Origin: an uncultured virus (IMG/VR IMGVR_UViG_3300018494_004239)
Taxonomy: Duplodnaviria > Heunggongvirae > Uroviricota > Caudoviricetes
IMG/VR virus record: IMGVR_UViG_3300018494_004239
Length of the DNA: 64,000 bases
Strand: one strand, 5' to 3'
Of this stretch, positions 47,766-57,825 are shown in pieces. Position 1 is the first letter of the stretch; every line of letters starts with the position of its first letter. The position numbers and the translations under genes are program-made. Below the pieces are notes generated by a model. That model made no database searches, was not told the origin of the DNA, and worked only from the letters and a program-made list of their open reading frames with translations.

Positions 47766-48452
47766 TTAGTTCTCCTTTCTTCCTTTTGTGTACATCCAAG
47801 ATTGAGGTGCTCTTTGAATTGGATTTCCGTTCCTATCTAAAAATTCACAGGTTGGAGTGGGGGTATCATATTTGATAACATCTTTCAAGACGATACCATA
47901 TTGGTAGTAAGTTTCGTCAAATTCGTTGTAATAACCGATTTTGGACAACCACTTATCGCATTCCTCAATTCTTGCATTACCAATGTCGTTTTTGTCGATA
48001 ATCTTTTTTACGAGGTCGTAATCAAAAATCTTAAAAGTATCAATTAAACTTCCAGTTGTGCGAAGACTTTCGAGTTCTTCTTCGCAGAAAGCATAATTAA
48101 GAATAAAACCATAGCGATAATTTTTGTATGTGTCGAATTCCTTCTTGAGTTTACGGTAATGTTCTGCGATATCCTTATCGCCCTTGATGTGTTCGAAATA
48201 ATAGTCAATGAAAGGATATGCACCATAAATAGGCCATTTATTATTCTTAATAGAACTTAATACAGGAATGATGTAATCCACAACACATTCGCCTACAATA
48301 GCACGAGCACCACCATATCTTGCGGTTTCGTAGATATAAATCTTGTCGCCACTCTTAAAATCATTGGGTAATTTTGTTCTAAATTCAATGGGTTTTTCTC
48401 CGCTCAAAATCATTTGAGACCATTGTTTATATATAGAAATAACAATATCCAT
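47766..48452 (-). CDS. ASCH-domain protein with internal insertion
   Basis: ISI...W...ILSGEK.IEFR, IYIYET, IVGE at the N-terminus; RAPQSWMY at the C-terminus. Confidence 0.8.
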   Translation of the reverse strand: MDIVISIYKQWSQMILSGEKPIEFRTKLPNDFKSGDKIYIYETARYGGARAIVGECVVDYIIPVLSSIKNNKWPIYGAYPFIDYYFEHIKGDKDIAEHYRKLKKEFDTYKNYRYGFILNYAFCEEELESLRTTGSLIDTFKIFDYDLVKKIIDKNDIGNARIEECDKWLSKIGYYNEFDETYYQYGIVLKDVIKYDTPTPTCEFLDRNGNPIQRAPQSWMYTKGRKEN

Positions 48453-48614
48453 TTATATATGCCTCCTATTAGTTCTTTATCTTATTATACCATAAAACAT
48501 ACCCAATGTCAACATACAAAGCAAAAAAGTAAGCACATAATGCGCTTACTTTTTTATTGCTTTGGTCGCATAAAAAGATGAGGGCATCAAAGATGCCCTC
48601 ACCAAATTGTCACT

Positions 48615-49004
48615 TTATTCGATGTACGGAAGTTTGGATAAAATGTCAGCAGGGACATTGTCTTTCCATACGTGACTGTTCTGCAAGATGTAATTGTTGT
48701 AAGAAGATGCGGTTTTATTTGCACGCATTTTTGCCTGTTCCGCCCAAGACTGCTTTTCTTCATCATCACTGTCCTTATACTGTTCGTAGGTCAGTTTGTC
48801 TGCTTCATAATTTGCAATCATAGCACGGCAGGTATCTTCTACCTTCTTGATGGTTTCATAGTTGGTATTATCATCGGCCTTCTGAACCTTATTGAACCAA
48901 CCATTCCACACTTCTCTGCCTGCGGGAGTAGCGCCAAAGAAAATGGCACAAAACAGGACGAGAGCAACAACGACGGAAATAATCACAGTTAAAGTCTTAT
49001 TCAT
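48615..49004 (-). CDS. Hypothetical protein with N-terminal TM
   Basis: GGAGG RBS; hydrophobic N-terminus; coupled to the upstream lipoprotein. Confidence 0.75.
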   Translation of the reverse strand: MNKTLTVIISVVVALVLFCAIFFGATPAGREVWNGWFNKVQKADDNTNYETIKKVEDTCRAMIANYEADKLTYEQYKDSDDEEKQSWAEQAKMRANKTASSYNNYILQNSHVWKDNVPADILSKLPYIE

Positions 49005-49007
49005 TTT

Positions 49008-49571
49008 TTAGTCCTCCTCATAAGTTACATCAAAATTGATTACAGGATTCTCGATAGTCATAGGAATATCGGTATACAGATAAGTGCCAGTCCATTCAAT
49101 GTAATTGCCCATAGTGTCAAAGAAGAAAATACCACTGTCATTTTCTCCATAAGAACCATCGACATCGGTGAGCCATTCGTTCTTATAGGTACTGCCAGAA
49201 GAAATTTCGAAATATTCACTATCGGGTGTCAAATAACTGTTGAGACTACTTACCTTACCATCTACAACAAACTTGCCGACAACTGCACCACTTTCAGTGA
49301 AAAGCACAATATAACCCAAAGGCTTTTCTACTGCACAAGGAACAGCATCTGCCTTATCTCTCTGACCGTTTACCCAGTAAGCACGACGAATGAGGTTGTA
49401 GCGCTCAAGGGAATAGTCAATGTCGGTAGGGGTAGGTTGATTGGTCTGCAATTTGTTTGCGATTTCCTTGGTATTTGTCTTGTCTACAGTGCTACCGCTG
49501 GGAGCGTCACAAGCAGTAAACAGGAACATAATACATACAACAACCAAGATACAAGATACAACTTTCTTCAT
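49008..49571 (-). CDS. Hypothetical lipoprotein
   Basis: FTAC lipobox; SLERYNL, GKVSSLNSYLTP and DGSYGEND.GIFFF motifs. Confidence 0.8.
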   Translation of the reverse strand: MKKVVSCILVVVCIMFLFTACDAPSGSTVDKTNTKEIANKLQTNQPTPTDIDYSLERYNLIRRAYWVNGQRDKADAVPCAVEKPLGYIVLFTESGAVVGKFVVDGKVSSLNSYLTPDSEYFEISSGSTYKNEWLTDVDGSYGENDSGIFFFDTMGNYIEWTGTYLYTDIPMTIENPVINFDVTYEED

Positions 49572-49734
49572 TTTTTTAGTTTCCTCCTAAAATTTTTATA
49601 GTTAAATGATTATTTTTGTCCATTACAATATGCAGAAGATAAAACATAATCCCTCCTTAATATATTCTTAATAATGGACAATTTGATTATATAAAATATG
49701 TTTTTTTATTTCAAAAAAATATTGCCAATACGAC

Positions 49735-49767
49735 AAGAAACCCCGCATCGTTATGCGGGGTTTCTTA
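49735..49767. terminator. Terminator hairpin just outside the transposon
   Basis: AAGAAACCCCGCAT-CGTT-ATGCGGGGTTTCTT. Confidence 0.75.
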
Positions 49768-49804
49768 ATTTTAGTTTCAAATTAAATTGTCATTTAACAA
49801 TTAC

Positions 49805-49940
49805 TGTTGATTATAAACTTATTTTGAAACAGAACTATGCTTTTTCATAGTTTTCTTCGTGATTTATTAGAAACTTATTATAAAACAAAGCAATATAATG
49901 TCTTTGATAGTTACAATGTTGTGAAACTTGTTTTGAAACA
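49805..49940 (+). repeat. Transposon left end with three spaced TnsB-binding-like repeats
   Basis: TAAACTTATTTTGAAACA 49814-31, GAAACTTATTATAAAACA 49870-87, GAAACTTGTTTTGAAACA 49923-40. Confidence 0.85.
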
Positions 49941-50002
49941 AAACTTAATAGTGTTATAAATTGTTTTTTATTTTTATAAGTTTCCGTTTATATAAAAATA
50001 TT

Positions 50003-50935
50003 TTATTGTAAGCCAACCGAGAAATATGTCGATATTGGTGTTGACAAACTCATAACAATGGAAGCAGGATGATTTTCTTGTGCTTTTGAATAACCAAAAA
50101 TAATATCTCCAAATTCCATCTCTGCTTTGAATAAGTCAATCAATTCTTTGTGATTAAAAAGTGTAACATTTGTGTTATACTTTTTATTTATATATTGAAT
50201 TGCAGTATTTAAATTATCTTGATTAGTCTCAAATGCAATTGCATCGCACATCCCGTTTTTCATAAAATGAATAACTGGAGTTAAGAAGATTTTATCTACT
50301 TCAATAGGTTTCATTTTATATCCAAACTCATTGCCCTCAATAATGTTGGACTTATATCTTTTGATAAAATCTGCCTTATTCATACCAAGATAAATATGTG
50401 CATCACTAATTTTAAATAGAGTTTTGTTCCTGATTTCTTTTAGAAAATCCTTTGGTGAAAATTCATATTCTTCTGCAAAATCGTTGACTGCTTCTTCTAA
50501 AAACATCTTTTCTAATACAGGAATAACAAAATTATCTTTTTCTGATTGTGGTGCACAGCAGTTATAATAGCAGTGTTCAAAAAATAAACACACATGTCTA
50601 CAATAGCATTGCTGAATTCTGCTTTTTAAATACTTAAAAGTATCAATCGGTTCAACTTCTTTTAATTCGATAGAATAATCTGTTGTGTCGTTTTCTCTTT
50701 TATACTCATATACAGAGCCAGCGAAACGAAAATAAGAATATCGTTTTATATTGTTTTTCTCAATAACATTAGAATCTGTCCACAAGTGTTGTTCTATTGC
50801 TAAATATAAGTCTGGGTCAAAAGAACAAGAGTCGTCTACTACGATATCTCTCAATAGGCAACGATGTCCATTTCTGACACACTTTGCTACACCACTAATT
50901 TCTTCGCCTATAAGTTGTTTTAAATTTTCTCTCAT
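50003..50935 (-). CDS. Hypothetical cargo protein with a Cys cluster
   Basis: AGGAG RBS; CYCRHVCLFFEHCYYNCC. Confidence 0.7.
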   Translation of the reverse strand: MRENLKQLIGEEISGVAKCVRNGHRCLLRDIVVDDSCSFDPDLYLAIEQHLWTDSNVIEKNNIKRYSYFRFAGSVYEYKRENDTTDYSIELKEVEPIDTFKYLKSRIQQCYCRHVCLFFEHCYYNCCAPQSEKDNFVIPVLEKMFLEEAVNDFAEEYEFSPKDFLKEIRNKTLFKISDAHIYLGMNKADFIKRYKSNIIEGNEFGYKMKPIEVDKIFLTPVIHFMKNGMCDAIAFETNQDNLNTAIQYINKKYNTNVTLFNHKELIDLFKAEMEFGDIIFGYSKAQENHPASIVMSLSTPISTYFSVGLQ

Positions 50936-50996
50936 AACTAATTCTCCTAAAAAATAGCATACGATTGCACACACAACCAATCGTATGCCATTAATT

Positions 50997-51434
50997 TTAT
51001 TCTTTGTTTGTTACAAACGGGTCTTTTGATTTTTTAAGAAAATTCTCGATTGCCTTTTCTCTTAAACCAAAATTTTCTGCCATCAAGGTGGCAATAACTG
51101 AAAGTTGTTGTTTCAATGGAAATGCTTTAAATATTTTATAATATTCTAATTCGATACAACAGGGAACTTTCATTCGGAGTTCTTCAAAAATTGCATCTAA
51201 AAGACTACCTTTTCCATTGATAGCAAAAGGAGAATCACCAATGTGTCTTTGTTCTGAATTGGCGACAAGCAATTTGTAAATACTTTCGCTTGTGTGTTCT
51301 TCCTTTGGACGATATGTGGTAATATACGATGACAATGCATTTAACAGCATTGTCGCGCAATGATAATTTTGTTTATTATCATATGCAAAAGGATTTCTAA
51401 ACATAATTCCGCAATAATCATATTCAAATAACAT
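50997..51434 (-). CDS. Hypothetical cargo protein
   Basis: GAGG RBS; promoter at 51557-51585 on the minus strand. Confidence 0.7.
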   Translation of the reverse strand: MLFEYDYCGIMFRNPFAYDNKQNYHCATMLLNALSSYITTYRPKEEHTSESIYKLLVANSEQRHIGDSPFAINGKGSLLDAIFEELRMKVPCCIELEYYKIFKAFPLKQQLSVIATLMAENFGLREKAIENFLKKSKDPFVTNKE

Positions 51435-51668
51435 ATTTTTTAACCTCGTTTCTTATTTTTTGAAGAGATTCGTGTGTGTGGAAATCCAGTTATAACCTCT
51501 ACTTCAGGTTAATCTTCAAAAGAATAAGTAGTTAAAACTTGCGGAATTCTAATTTTATTATAACATAAATATGCCATTCTGTCAATAGAATTGAATTAAA
51601 GCAATTAAAAAAGGCACCCCTGTTTTTTTATCAAAATAACGAGTTTCTTTTTATCGCCAAACTCTTAA

Positions 51669-53795
51669 TTAAATGGTATTGTTTTTGTATCTTGGATGTT
51701 TTTTAAAAAAATCTGAATAATATTCCAATAATATTTTTTCATACTTTGGTTTTAAACTACCTCTGTTTTTCGCTTTTCGTTGCCTTAAAAACCACTGACC
51801 CACTTTATTTCCATTGTGTATTTCTTTGACTGAAGGAAAATAATTTCCTGTTTCATTAACAAATACTTTATATTCATTAAACCTTTGTTCCCACTTATAA
51901 AATGCAGTATCGAATACAAAATCTATATCTTTAAGTGCTTGTATCTTTTCTTGTGAAAGTTGTCCTTTTCTGTAATATTGTCTGGTTACAATCAACCAAC
52001 TATATAGATTATATCCTTTGTATGTTTCATTCATCACTGGACACAGATGTCCAAACTCGTTTTTGTATTCAATACAAAGTTGATACCAAAAATCCCAAGT
52101 TGACAAAGGACTTTGAATGGATTTGCGATTTTTTACAGGTAATAAGGAAGATGGTGTTGGTCTTTTAATCTCTTGCAATATATGTCTATTTGTCAACTCA
52201 ATGGTTTCGTCTGTTTCCTTGTCATATATAATACATTTTTCTTTTCTTTTTCCTACAATTTCATATCTATCATCAGAATATTCTTTTAACATTATTTTCA
52301 ATTCCCTTAACGACACTTGATTGTAGCATTTGGGACATCTGGCACCAATAAGAAAATTGTATGGCACATATTCGTGTGCGCATCCACAAATGTTGTGCCT
52401 AATGGTGACTTTATCTTTACGAATAGAACCAATATCACAAACCGTATATTCATCCCCAACAACATCCCTTATTTCTTGTTCAAGATTTTCTTTTGTAAAT
52501 CCTTGACAATGAGGACATTTAGGCCATTTTAAAAACCATCTGAATGATTTATATTCAAACTCTCTACCACAATCATTGTGACGGAACTTTGCAGGAAATG
52601 TAGCACCGTTAAATTCAACCAACTTGAATTGTGGGTGTTTTTTCATCTCTTTTTCTGCTTCTTTTCTTTGCATTTTTATACCACACTTGCATCTTTTGTG
52701 ATTAAAAACGAAGTTATTTAAACTGGTAAGGTGTTCTTCGCCACAAGGTTTATGGAATAGACGTATGCTGTTTTTAGTTTTAGTTGGTAGGAAACCTTTG
52801 AAAACATATTCTCCGTTTCCACCAATTTTAATCAATCTCTTTATCAAATCTATTTCTTTAAGTTTATCATCACAAAATGTACAACCCCATCCATCTTTAA
52901 GTGCTTGTTCTGTTGTGTAAAAAGTCTTACCGCACTTATCACATTTTTGTTCAATGATTAGAGAAAATTTCTTCGCTTTTACTAATATGTCTTTTGGATT
53001 TGGGTATGCATACATCAATACTTTAATAAAATCTTTTATTGGAAAGTTACAATCGTTTTTAGACCACAAACTTTCTTTGGAATAAGTTTTGCCATTTTTG
53101 AGTATTTCGTTTATTTTTATGACCAATTCCTTTTTATTTGATTCTAATATCCCTAATTTATCGATTATGATTTTCATTAAATCATTAGAATTAGATTGAA
53201 AATTGTTTTCTAACAGAAAATGGGTATAATCAGCATATTCGCACTCTTTTTCAAAAGTGTCTGCTAACTCCATTTGTTCCAAAGTTTCATCTTTGTAAAT
53301 GTATTTCGAATTCCTTTTTTGAATAAATAATGGGGTGTGATGTTTATGACAAACACAAACACCATTTAACTGATGAGAACGATGAATGTAAGTTTCTCCG
53401 AATAATTCCTTATCTTCCTTCATACATTCTTTACACATACGGAAATCTGTCATTAAATATTCTTTTATGGTATATATGTTATTTTCTTTTCTGAAAATAG
53501 GATTTATGAACTTTGTCTGCATCTTGGGTGGATAAGACAATAATTCAAATTGTAGAGTAGATAAACTTAAATATAATTCTGAAACAGGGGTTGTACAATT
53601 AAGAAAATTATAGAATGAACCAAAACCTTTTCTAATATCTATGGGAAGTAAAAACTTGCTAAAGTATTCTTTACCGAAATAGGTTTCAAAAAACAGAGGA
53701 ACGGAAAGTTTATTGGCGTTTGCTAATCTCATTACCCAAGAATATAAGAATTCGTCTGGGTAAGGGGCAACAATCATAGGAATGAATTTATTCAT
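51669..53795 (-). CDS. tniQ: TniQ/TnsD-like target selector with zinc-finger repeats and helicase-associated (HA) domains
   Basis: PYPDEFLYSWVMRLA..N and CKEC...D....GETYIHRSHQL.GVCVCHKH (TniQ); four C/HxxCG..CxxC units; two W...Y/F.....F/YK...GH/N...W...QR/TR HA-like repeats. Confidence 0.88.
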   Translation of the reverse strand: MNKFIPMIVAPYPDEFLYSWVMRLANANKLSVPLFFETYFGKEYFSKFLLPIDIRKGFGSFYNFLNCTTPVSELYLSLSTLQFELLSYPPKMQTKFINPIFRKENNIYTIKEYLMTDFRMCKECMKEDKELFGETYIHRSHQLNGVCVCHKHHTPLFIQKRNSKYIYKDETLEQMELADTFEKECEYADYTHFLLENNFQSNSNDLMKIIIDKLGILESNKKELVIKINEILKNGKTYSKESLWSKNDCNFPIKDFIKVLMYAYPNPKDILVKAKKFSLIIEQKCDKCGKTFYTTEQALKDGWGCTFCDDKLKEIDLIKRLIKIGGNGEYVFKGFLPTKTKNSIRLFHKPCGEEHLTSLNNFVFNHKRCKCGIKMQRKEAEKEMKKHPQFKLVEFNGATFPAKFRHNDCGREFEYKSFRWFLKWPKCPHCQGFTKENLEQEIRDVVGDEYTVCDIGSIRKDKVTIRHNICGCAHEYVPYNFLIGARCPKCYNQVSLRELKIMLKEYSDDRYEIVGKRKEKCIIYDKETDETIELTNRHILQEIKRPTPSSLLPVKNRKSIQSPLSTWDFWYQLCIEYKNEFGHLCPVMNETYKGYNLYSWLIVTRQYYRKGQLSQEKIQALKDIDFVFDTAFYKWEQRFNEYKVFVNETGNYFPSVKEIHNGNKVGQWFLRQRKAKNRGSLKPKYEKILLEYYSDFFKKHPRYKNNTI

Positions 53796-53810
53796 ACTTT
53801 ATTCCTCCTA

Positions 53811-55418
53811 TTATCCAATAAAATCTCTCATAGTCGTTGTATCCATTTCTGGGATACTCGACTTTTTCTTTTTATCTGCAGATTTGGTATTTCTTCTGTG
53901 AGTAAGTTTATCAAGAACCAAACGACTCATTTCTCTTTCGGATTTAGGATTGTCTTTGGTCTGTTTTATAACTAAATTAAATGCCTTTTCAATTTGAGAA
54001 AGAGAATATTCATCATATAGGGCAGTGATATTTGCTACAATATTTTTCAACATTAGCATTTTATCGACTGCTTTATTTTGTTTTTGTAACAAGTCTTCTG
54101 CTTCTTTTTCCTGCTTTGCATTATCAATGATAGAAGCGACTCTAACTTCTGCATCTTGTCTGATGCCCATAAGTTTTCTTGCCGCTTCAATTGATTCCAA
54201 ATCCGCAAGAACATTCTGAATTCCTGGGTAATATCTTTGTGCTATATCATAGACATATTTCGCATCGATTACGGGGCGTTTCTTTCGCTCTAAATAGTCG
54301 TAATGCATACAGGAGTATATTCCTATAAGTTGGTCCACAATGCCTTTGGTGACATCGTAGAGGGCATCTACAAGTTCCTCTGTTACATCAATTGGTTCAT
54401 CAAACCATTGATAGTTAAATAGTTGAGTGACAAGGAATGTAAAAAACATTTTGTTCTCACAATACATATTACCGTTGATTACTGTTCCAATTCTTCTTGT
54501 GGTTCTTAATTCCTTAAACATTTTGTCTCTGGCATCTTCTGTACCTACAACAGCGATAGCGACTTTTGTTCTGTTAGATAAAGTCATTAAAGATTCAAAA
54601 GAACTTTCTTTTGTTCTATCAAAATCTATGAGTTGTATCTCATCAAAGATAATCATTCCGATACCAAATCTTTCTATTAACTCACGAACCTTCTCCATTT
54701 TTCTGCCAAGTGTGGTTGTTTTTGCAATCTCTTTTGCATAAACAGGTTGAGTATTGCCGAGCGCCTTATCAACAGCATCGCCAATGCCTTCATATAATGC
54801 AGAGAAATTACTATTGGGTACACAGTTTACAACCAAATAAACAATCTGGACATATTGTGTAAACTCATCTACACGATGTATAATGGTTTGTGGATAATGC
54901 GAAAGCAATGTTTGGATTGCGGAACTTTTGCCACAACCAGAATAACCTATGAGAGAGAATCCTGCATTTGTAGAATCGGCAGAATTACCATATAAAACAC
55001 AGTTGGTTTCTGTCTCTATATCGTTTGAAATATATTCAATTGGTTTATCGTTTATGGGTTTGATTTTCCTTGACCTATAAGATGTAATTAAAGCATTATA
55101 GAATGAAAATTCCAAATTCTTGTGGAATGTAAGAGGAAATCTTATCTGCCTTAAAGTGCTAACTTGCAACATCTTTTCTAATTTGGTCATATTTTTGACC
55201 TTATCGTAGTCGTATGTTAAAAGATGTTTTGTGTATGCATCTCTTACATCATCTTCGTGTCTCGGATGTGGCAATGCCTCTATGTATGGGTTACCGATAT
55301 CACATTCAACAAGTGCCTTAACATATCTGGCATTTACGATTTTGTTTTCTTCAAAATCATAATCTTCATATTGTGTCTCGAATTTTTCACATTCGTAATA
55401 ATTATATTTTATATCCAT
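53811..55418 (-). CDS. tnsC: TnsC-like AAA+ ATPase
   Basis: GNPYIEALP, Walker A GYSGCGKS, YLVVNC, Walker B IIFDEIQ, VGT, RR, T.GI. Confidence 0.92.
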   Translation of the reverse strand: MDIKYNYYECEKFETQYEDYDFEENKIVNARYVKALVECDIGNPYIEALPHPRHEDDVRDAYTKHLLTYDYDKVKNMTKLEKMLQVSTLRQIRFPLTFHKNLEFSFYNALITSYRSRKIKPINDKPIEYISNDIETETNCVLYGNSADSTNAGFSLIGYSGCGKSSAIQTLLSHYPQTIIHRVDEFTQYVQIVYLVVNCVPNSNFSALYEGIGDAVDKALGNTQPVYAKEIAKTTTLGRKMEKVRELIERFGIGMIIFDEIQLIDFDRTKESSFESLMTLSNRTKVAIAVVGTEDARDKMFKELRTTRRIGTVINGNMYCENKMFFTFLVTQLFNYQWFDEPIDVTEELVDALYDVTKGIVDQLIGIYSCMHYDYLERKKRPVIDAKYVYDIAQRYYPGIQNVLADLESIEAARKLMGIRQDAEVRVASIIDNAKQEKEAEDLLQKQNKAVDKMLMLKNIVANITALYDEYSLSQIEKAFNLVIKQTKDNPKSEREMSRLVLDKLTHRRNTKSADKKKKSSIPEMDTTTMRDFIG

Positions 55419-55431
55419 ATCGAATACCTCC

Positions 55432-57582
55432 TTACCAATCTTCCAATGCTTCGTCCCAATTGCTATATGTGTTTAACTTATTTTTCTTTACTGGGACTTC
55501 CTCTGCAGGAGGACATTCGGTTATTTTTTCAATAAACTCTTCTACCAAAACATCTTCCGTTTTTGGTGCTTCGAGTTTAGGTTGTTCTAATCTTTTGCTG
55601 ATTTTATTAGATTTAGATTTTGCCTGCTTTTCAATCTCACGAGCAGGTCTCATATCTTTTGCAGAAGGTAACATTGGTTTTGTCGCTTCTTCAACAATAG
55701 CATTGTTCATCGCATAATTGAATGCAGACAATTCTTCGTTATTAACCTTGCCTGCTGCGAGAAGTTCTTTTTTACCCTTGCGGAAATCTTCGTATTCCTT
55801 CATCGTCATACCAGCATATTCCGCATTCCCTTGAATTAGCGGGTTAAGTCTGGCGACCATTAACTTATTATCTCTGATATAATAAATCGAACCAACATCT
55901 CTCATATCCATTCTTGCTTCAAAATCTTTTCTTTTGTTGCCAGCATCAAACATCTCACGAGCAAGTTTTTTATCTTCTGTGTTTAGATAATATAATTCCT
56001 TATGACTGATACCTTTTCTGCTTACTTTGGCATTGATAGGTGTCATAAGATTGAATAGATATTGTTGCAGCGAAGGGATTGGTCTCGGTGTGAAACCGTT
56101 GTTTATGCCATATTTCCACAACAAAGCAGGAATGGGTTGAACCTTCTTCAAAATCATATCTTTTGTGAGTGGGAAATTTGTTAAGCATTGTTGGTTGTGA
56201 GTTAGAACAAAACCAATAACCATTTTAGTATATTCTTCAATATTCAACATCGCCTCTTGATGATGTTTGGAATCGTGTCTTTGGGTAATGAGACCATGAT
56301 TTTCAAGATGATGATTTTGTTTGAGATGTAATTGTCTAAATGACTGCTCTACAATACCTTTGAGAGAACCACACCCTGGCAATACGATATTTCTTTCAAT
56401 ACCAAGTTCATTGCAGATTCTCTCAAACTCTTTGCTTCTAAATTCAGCACCTTTGTCAACACGAACACGATTGGGAATAATGTTTGATGGCCAAATATCT
56501 TTGTTTTCATAACTAATTCCGTATCTCTCACAATACTTCTGTTTATCATCTGCAAGGTTTAGAAATAAGTTTGATAAACCAAGCATAGAGTTATTATCAA
56601 AAGCAACAGACACTGCCAAGATAATGCGAGAGTATACATCAACCATAAAGTACACTATCGGTCTGCCGATAGTTTTTGATGAGTCAATAACAGAAACCAA
56701 CGATATATCTGCTTCGCAAGCATCGATTTCTACCAAATCACCAGGTCCATTTACACCATTGAGTGAATCGCTTACAAGAAGTCTTTTGTTATTCTTTTGT
56801 TCGAGTGCAGATGTTTTTATTAAGTCTTTTTCTTGGTTTGTAAGATGTTTGTTGCAATAGTATCTAAATTGGTCGAGTGTTGGTCTTTCTGATATGGGCA
56901 ATAAAACAATACTGGGTTGACCGTTAATTATTTCTGTTTTTGTAAAATGCAACAAATTCATTTTGTCAAAAGCATCCTTGATGGATTTGTGTCTTCCAGA
57001 CTTATAATCTTTCAATGCTTCTTCAAAATGCTTGATAATTTCATCGGTGATAATAATTCCCGATGCCATAGAGTATTCTGGTGGGCGACCAGTTTTGGTC
57101 TCATAATTATATGTCTTGCCAGTATTTGCACCAAAATATCTCGAATCAACTAACGAATAATCTTGAAGACCACTTTGAAAATATTGAGTACATATTCTCC
57201 AGAAAGAACATCTTGCCAAGTTATATTTACTCATTATATCCTTGACTGTCCTGCCTCGTTTTTTACCGTTTAGTTCAATATAAGATGGTCCATATTCCTT
57301 GAGGACCTCATTCATTATCTGTTGTCTTATTGTGAATTTTTTCTGAAAACCCTCTGGTAAGTCATCCTTGTTGAAAACGATGGGTGGTTCGACTTTGATT
57401 ATTAATTCACCTGTTGCCACAAGTGCGAACAAGGTTTGTTTATTCATTAACGAGAGTAAAAACTTCGTAGTATTCATCTCGCATAAAGTAATATCATTGT
57501 TTACAACTGCAACAACTCGATATTGTTTGCCACTATGCTCATCTATAATAACATTACCAACGGTTAGCATTATATTATCCAT
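55432..57582 (-). CDS. tnsB: TnsB-like DDE transposase
   Basis: PTL.QFRY, GPGDLVEIDA, IGRP.VY..VDVYSR.I, VDKGAEF and KG.VEQSF motifs. Confidence 0.93.
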   Translation of the reverse strand: MDNIMLTVGNVIIDEHSGKQYRVVAVVNNDITLCEMNTTKFLLSLMNKQTLFALVATGELIIKVEPPIVFNKDDLPEGFQKKFTIRQQIMNEVLKEYGPSYIELNGKKRGRTVKDIMSKYNLARCSFWRICTQYFQSGLQDYSLVDSRYFGANTGKTYNYETKTGRPPEYSMASGIIITDEIIKHFEEALKDYKSGRHKSIKDAFDKMNLLHFTKTEIINGQPSIVLLPISERPTLDQFRYYCNKHLTNQEKDLIKTSALEQKNNKRLLVSDSLNGVNGPGDLVEIDACEADISLVSVIDSSKTIGRPIVYFMVDVYSRIILAVSVAFDNNSMLGLSNLFLNLADDKQKYCERYGISYENKDIWPSNIIPNRVRVDKGAEFRSKEFERICNELGIERNIVLPGCGSLKGIVEQSFRQLHLKQNHHLENHGLITQRHDSKHHQEAMLNIEEYTKMVIGFVLTHNQQCLTNFPLTKDMILKKVQPIPALLWKYGINNGFTPRPIPSLQQYLFNLMTPINAKVSRKGISHKELYYLNTEDKKLAREMFDAGNKRKDFEARMDMRDVGSIYYIRDNKLMVARLNPLIQGNAEYAGMTMKEYEDFRKGKKELLAAGKVNNEELSAFNYAMNNAIVEEATKPMLPSAKDMRPAREIEKQAKSKSNKISKRLEQPKLEAPKTEDVLVEEFIEKITECPPAEEVPVKKNKLNTYSNWDEALEDW

Positions 57583-57687
57583 AATATCTACTCCTATCAT
57601 ATTTTAATATTTTTGTGTTCCGAGCAGGAACGAGATTAGTCAAAATTAACAAAAGTATAAGAATACTGAATTTCTAACAAAAATGAG

Positions 57688-57825
57688 TTGACATTTAGAT
57701 AAGAAAATGCTATAATAAGAAAGCAGCATTAAAAAACACTTTTGTTAGATTGGTAGTCATACAAATGTTAATTTTAGTGTTGTTATACGGAAGTCCGCTA
57801 TTCGCAGTAGCGGGCTTCTTTTTTA
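57688..57825 (+). ncRNA. Candidate small RNA (about 100 nt) divergent from tnsB, with its promoter
   Basis: TTGACA 57688-93, N17, TGC-TATAAT 57711-16; long hairpin 57723-57783; terminator GAAGTCCGCTA-TTCGCAG-TAGCGGGCTTC plus T-run; no ORF. Confidence 0.6.
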
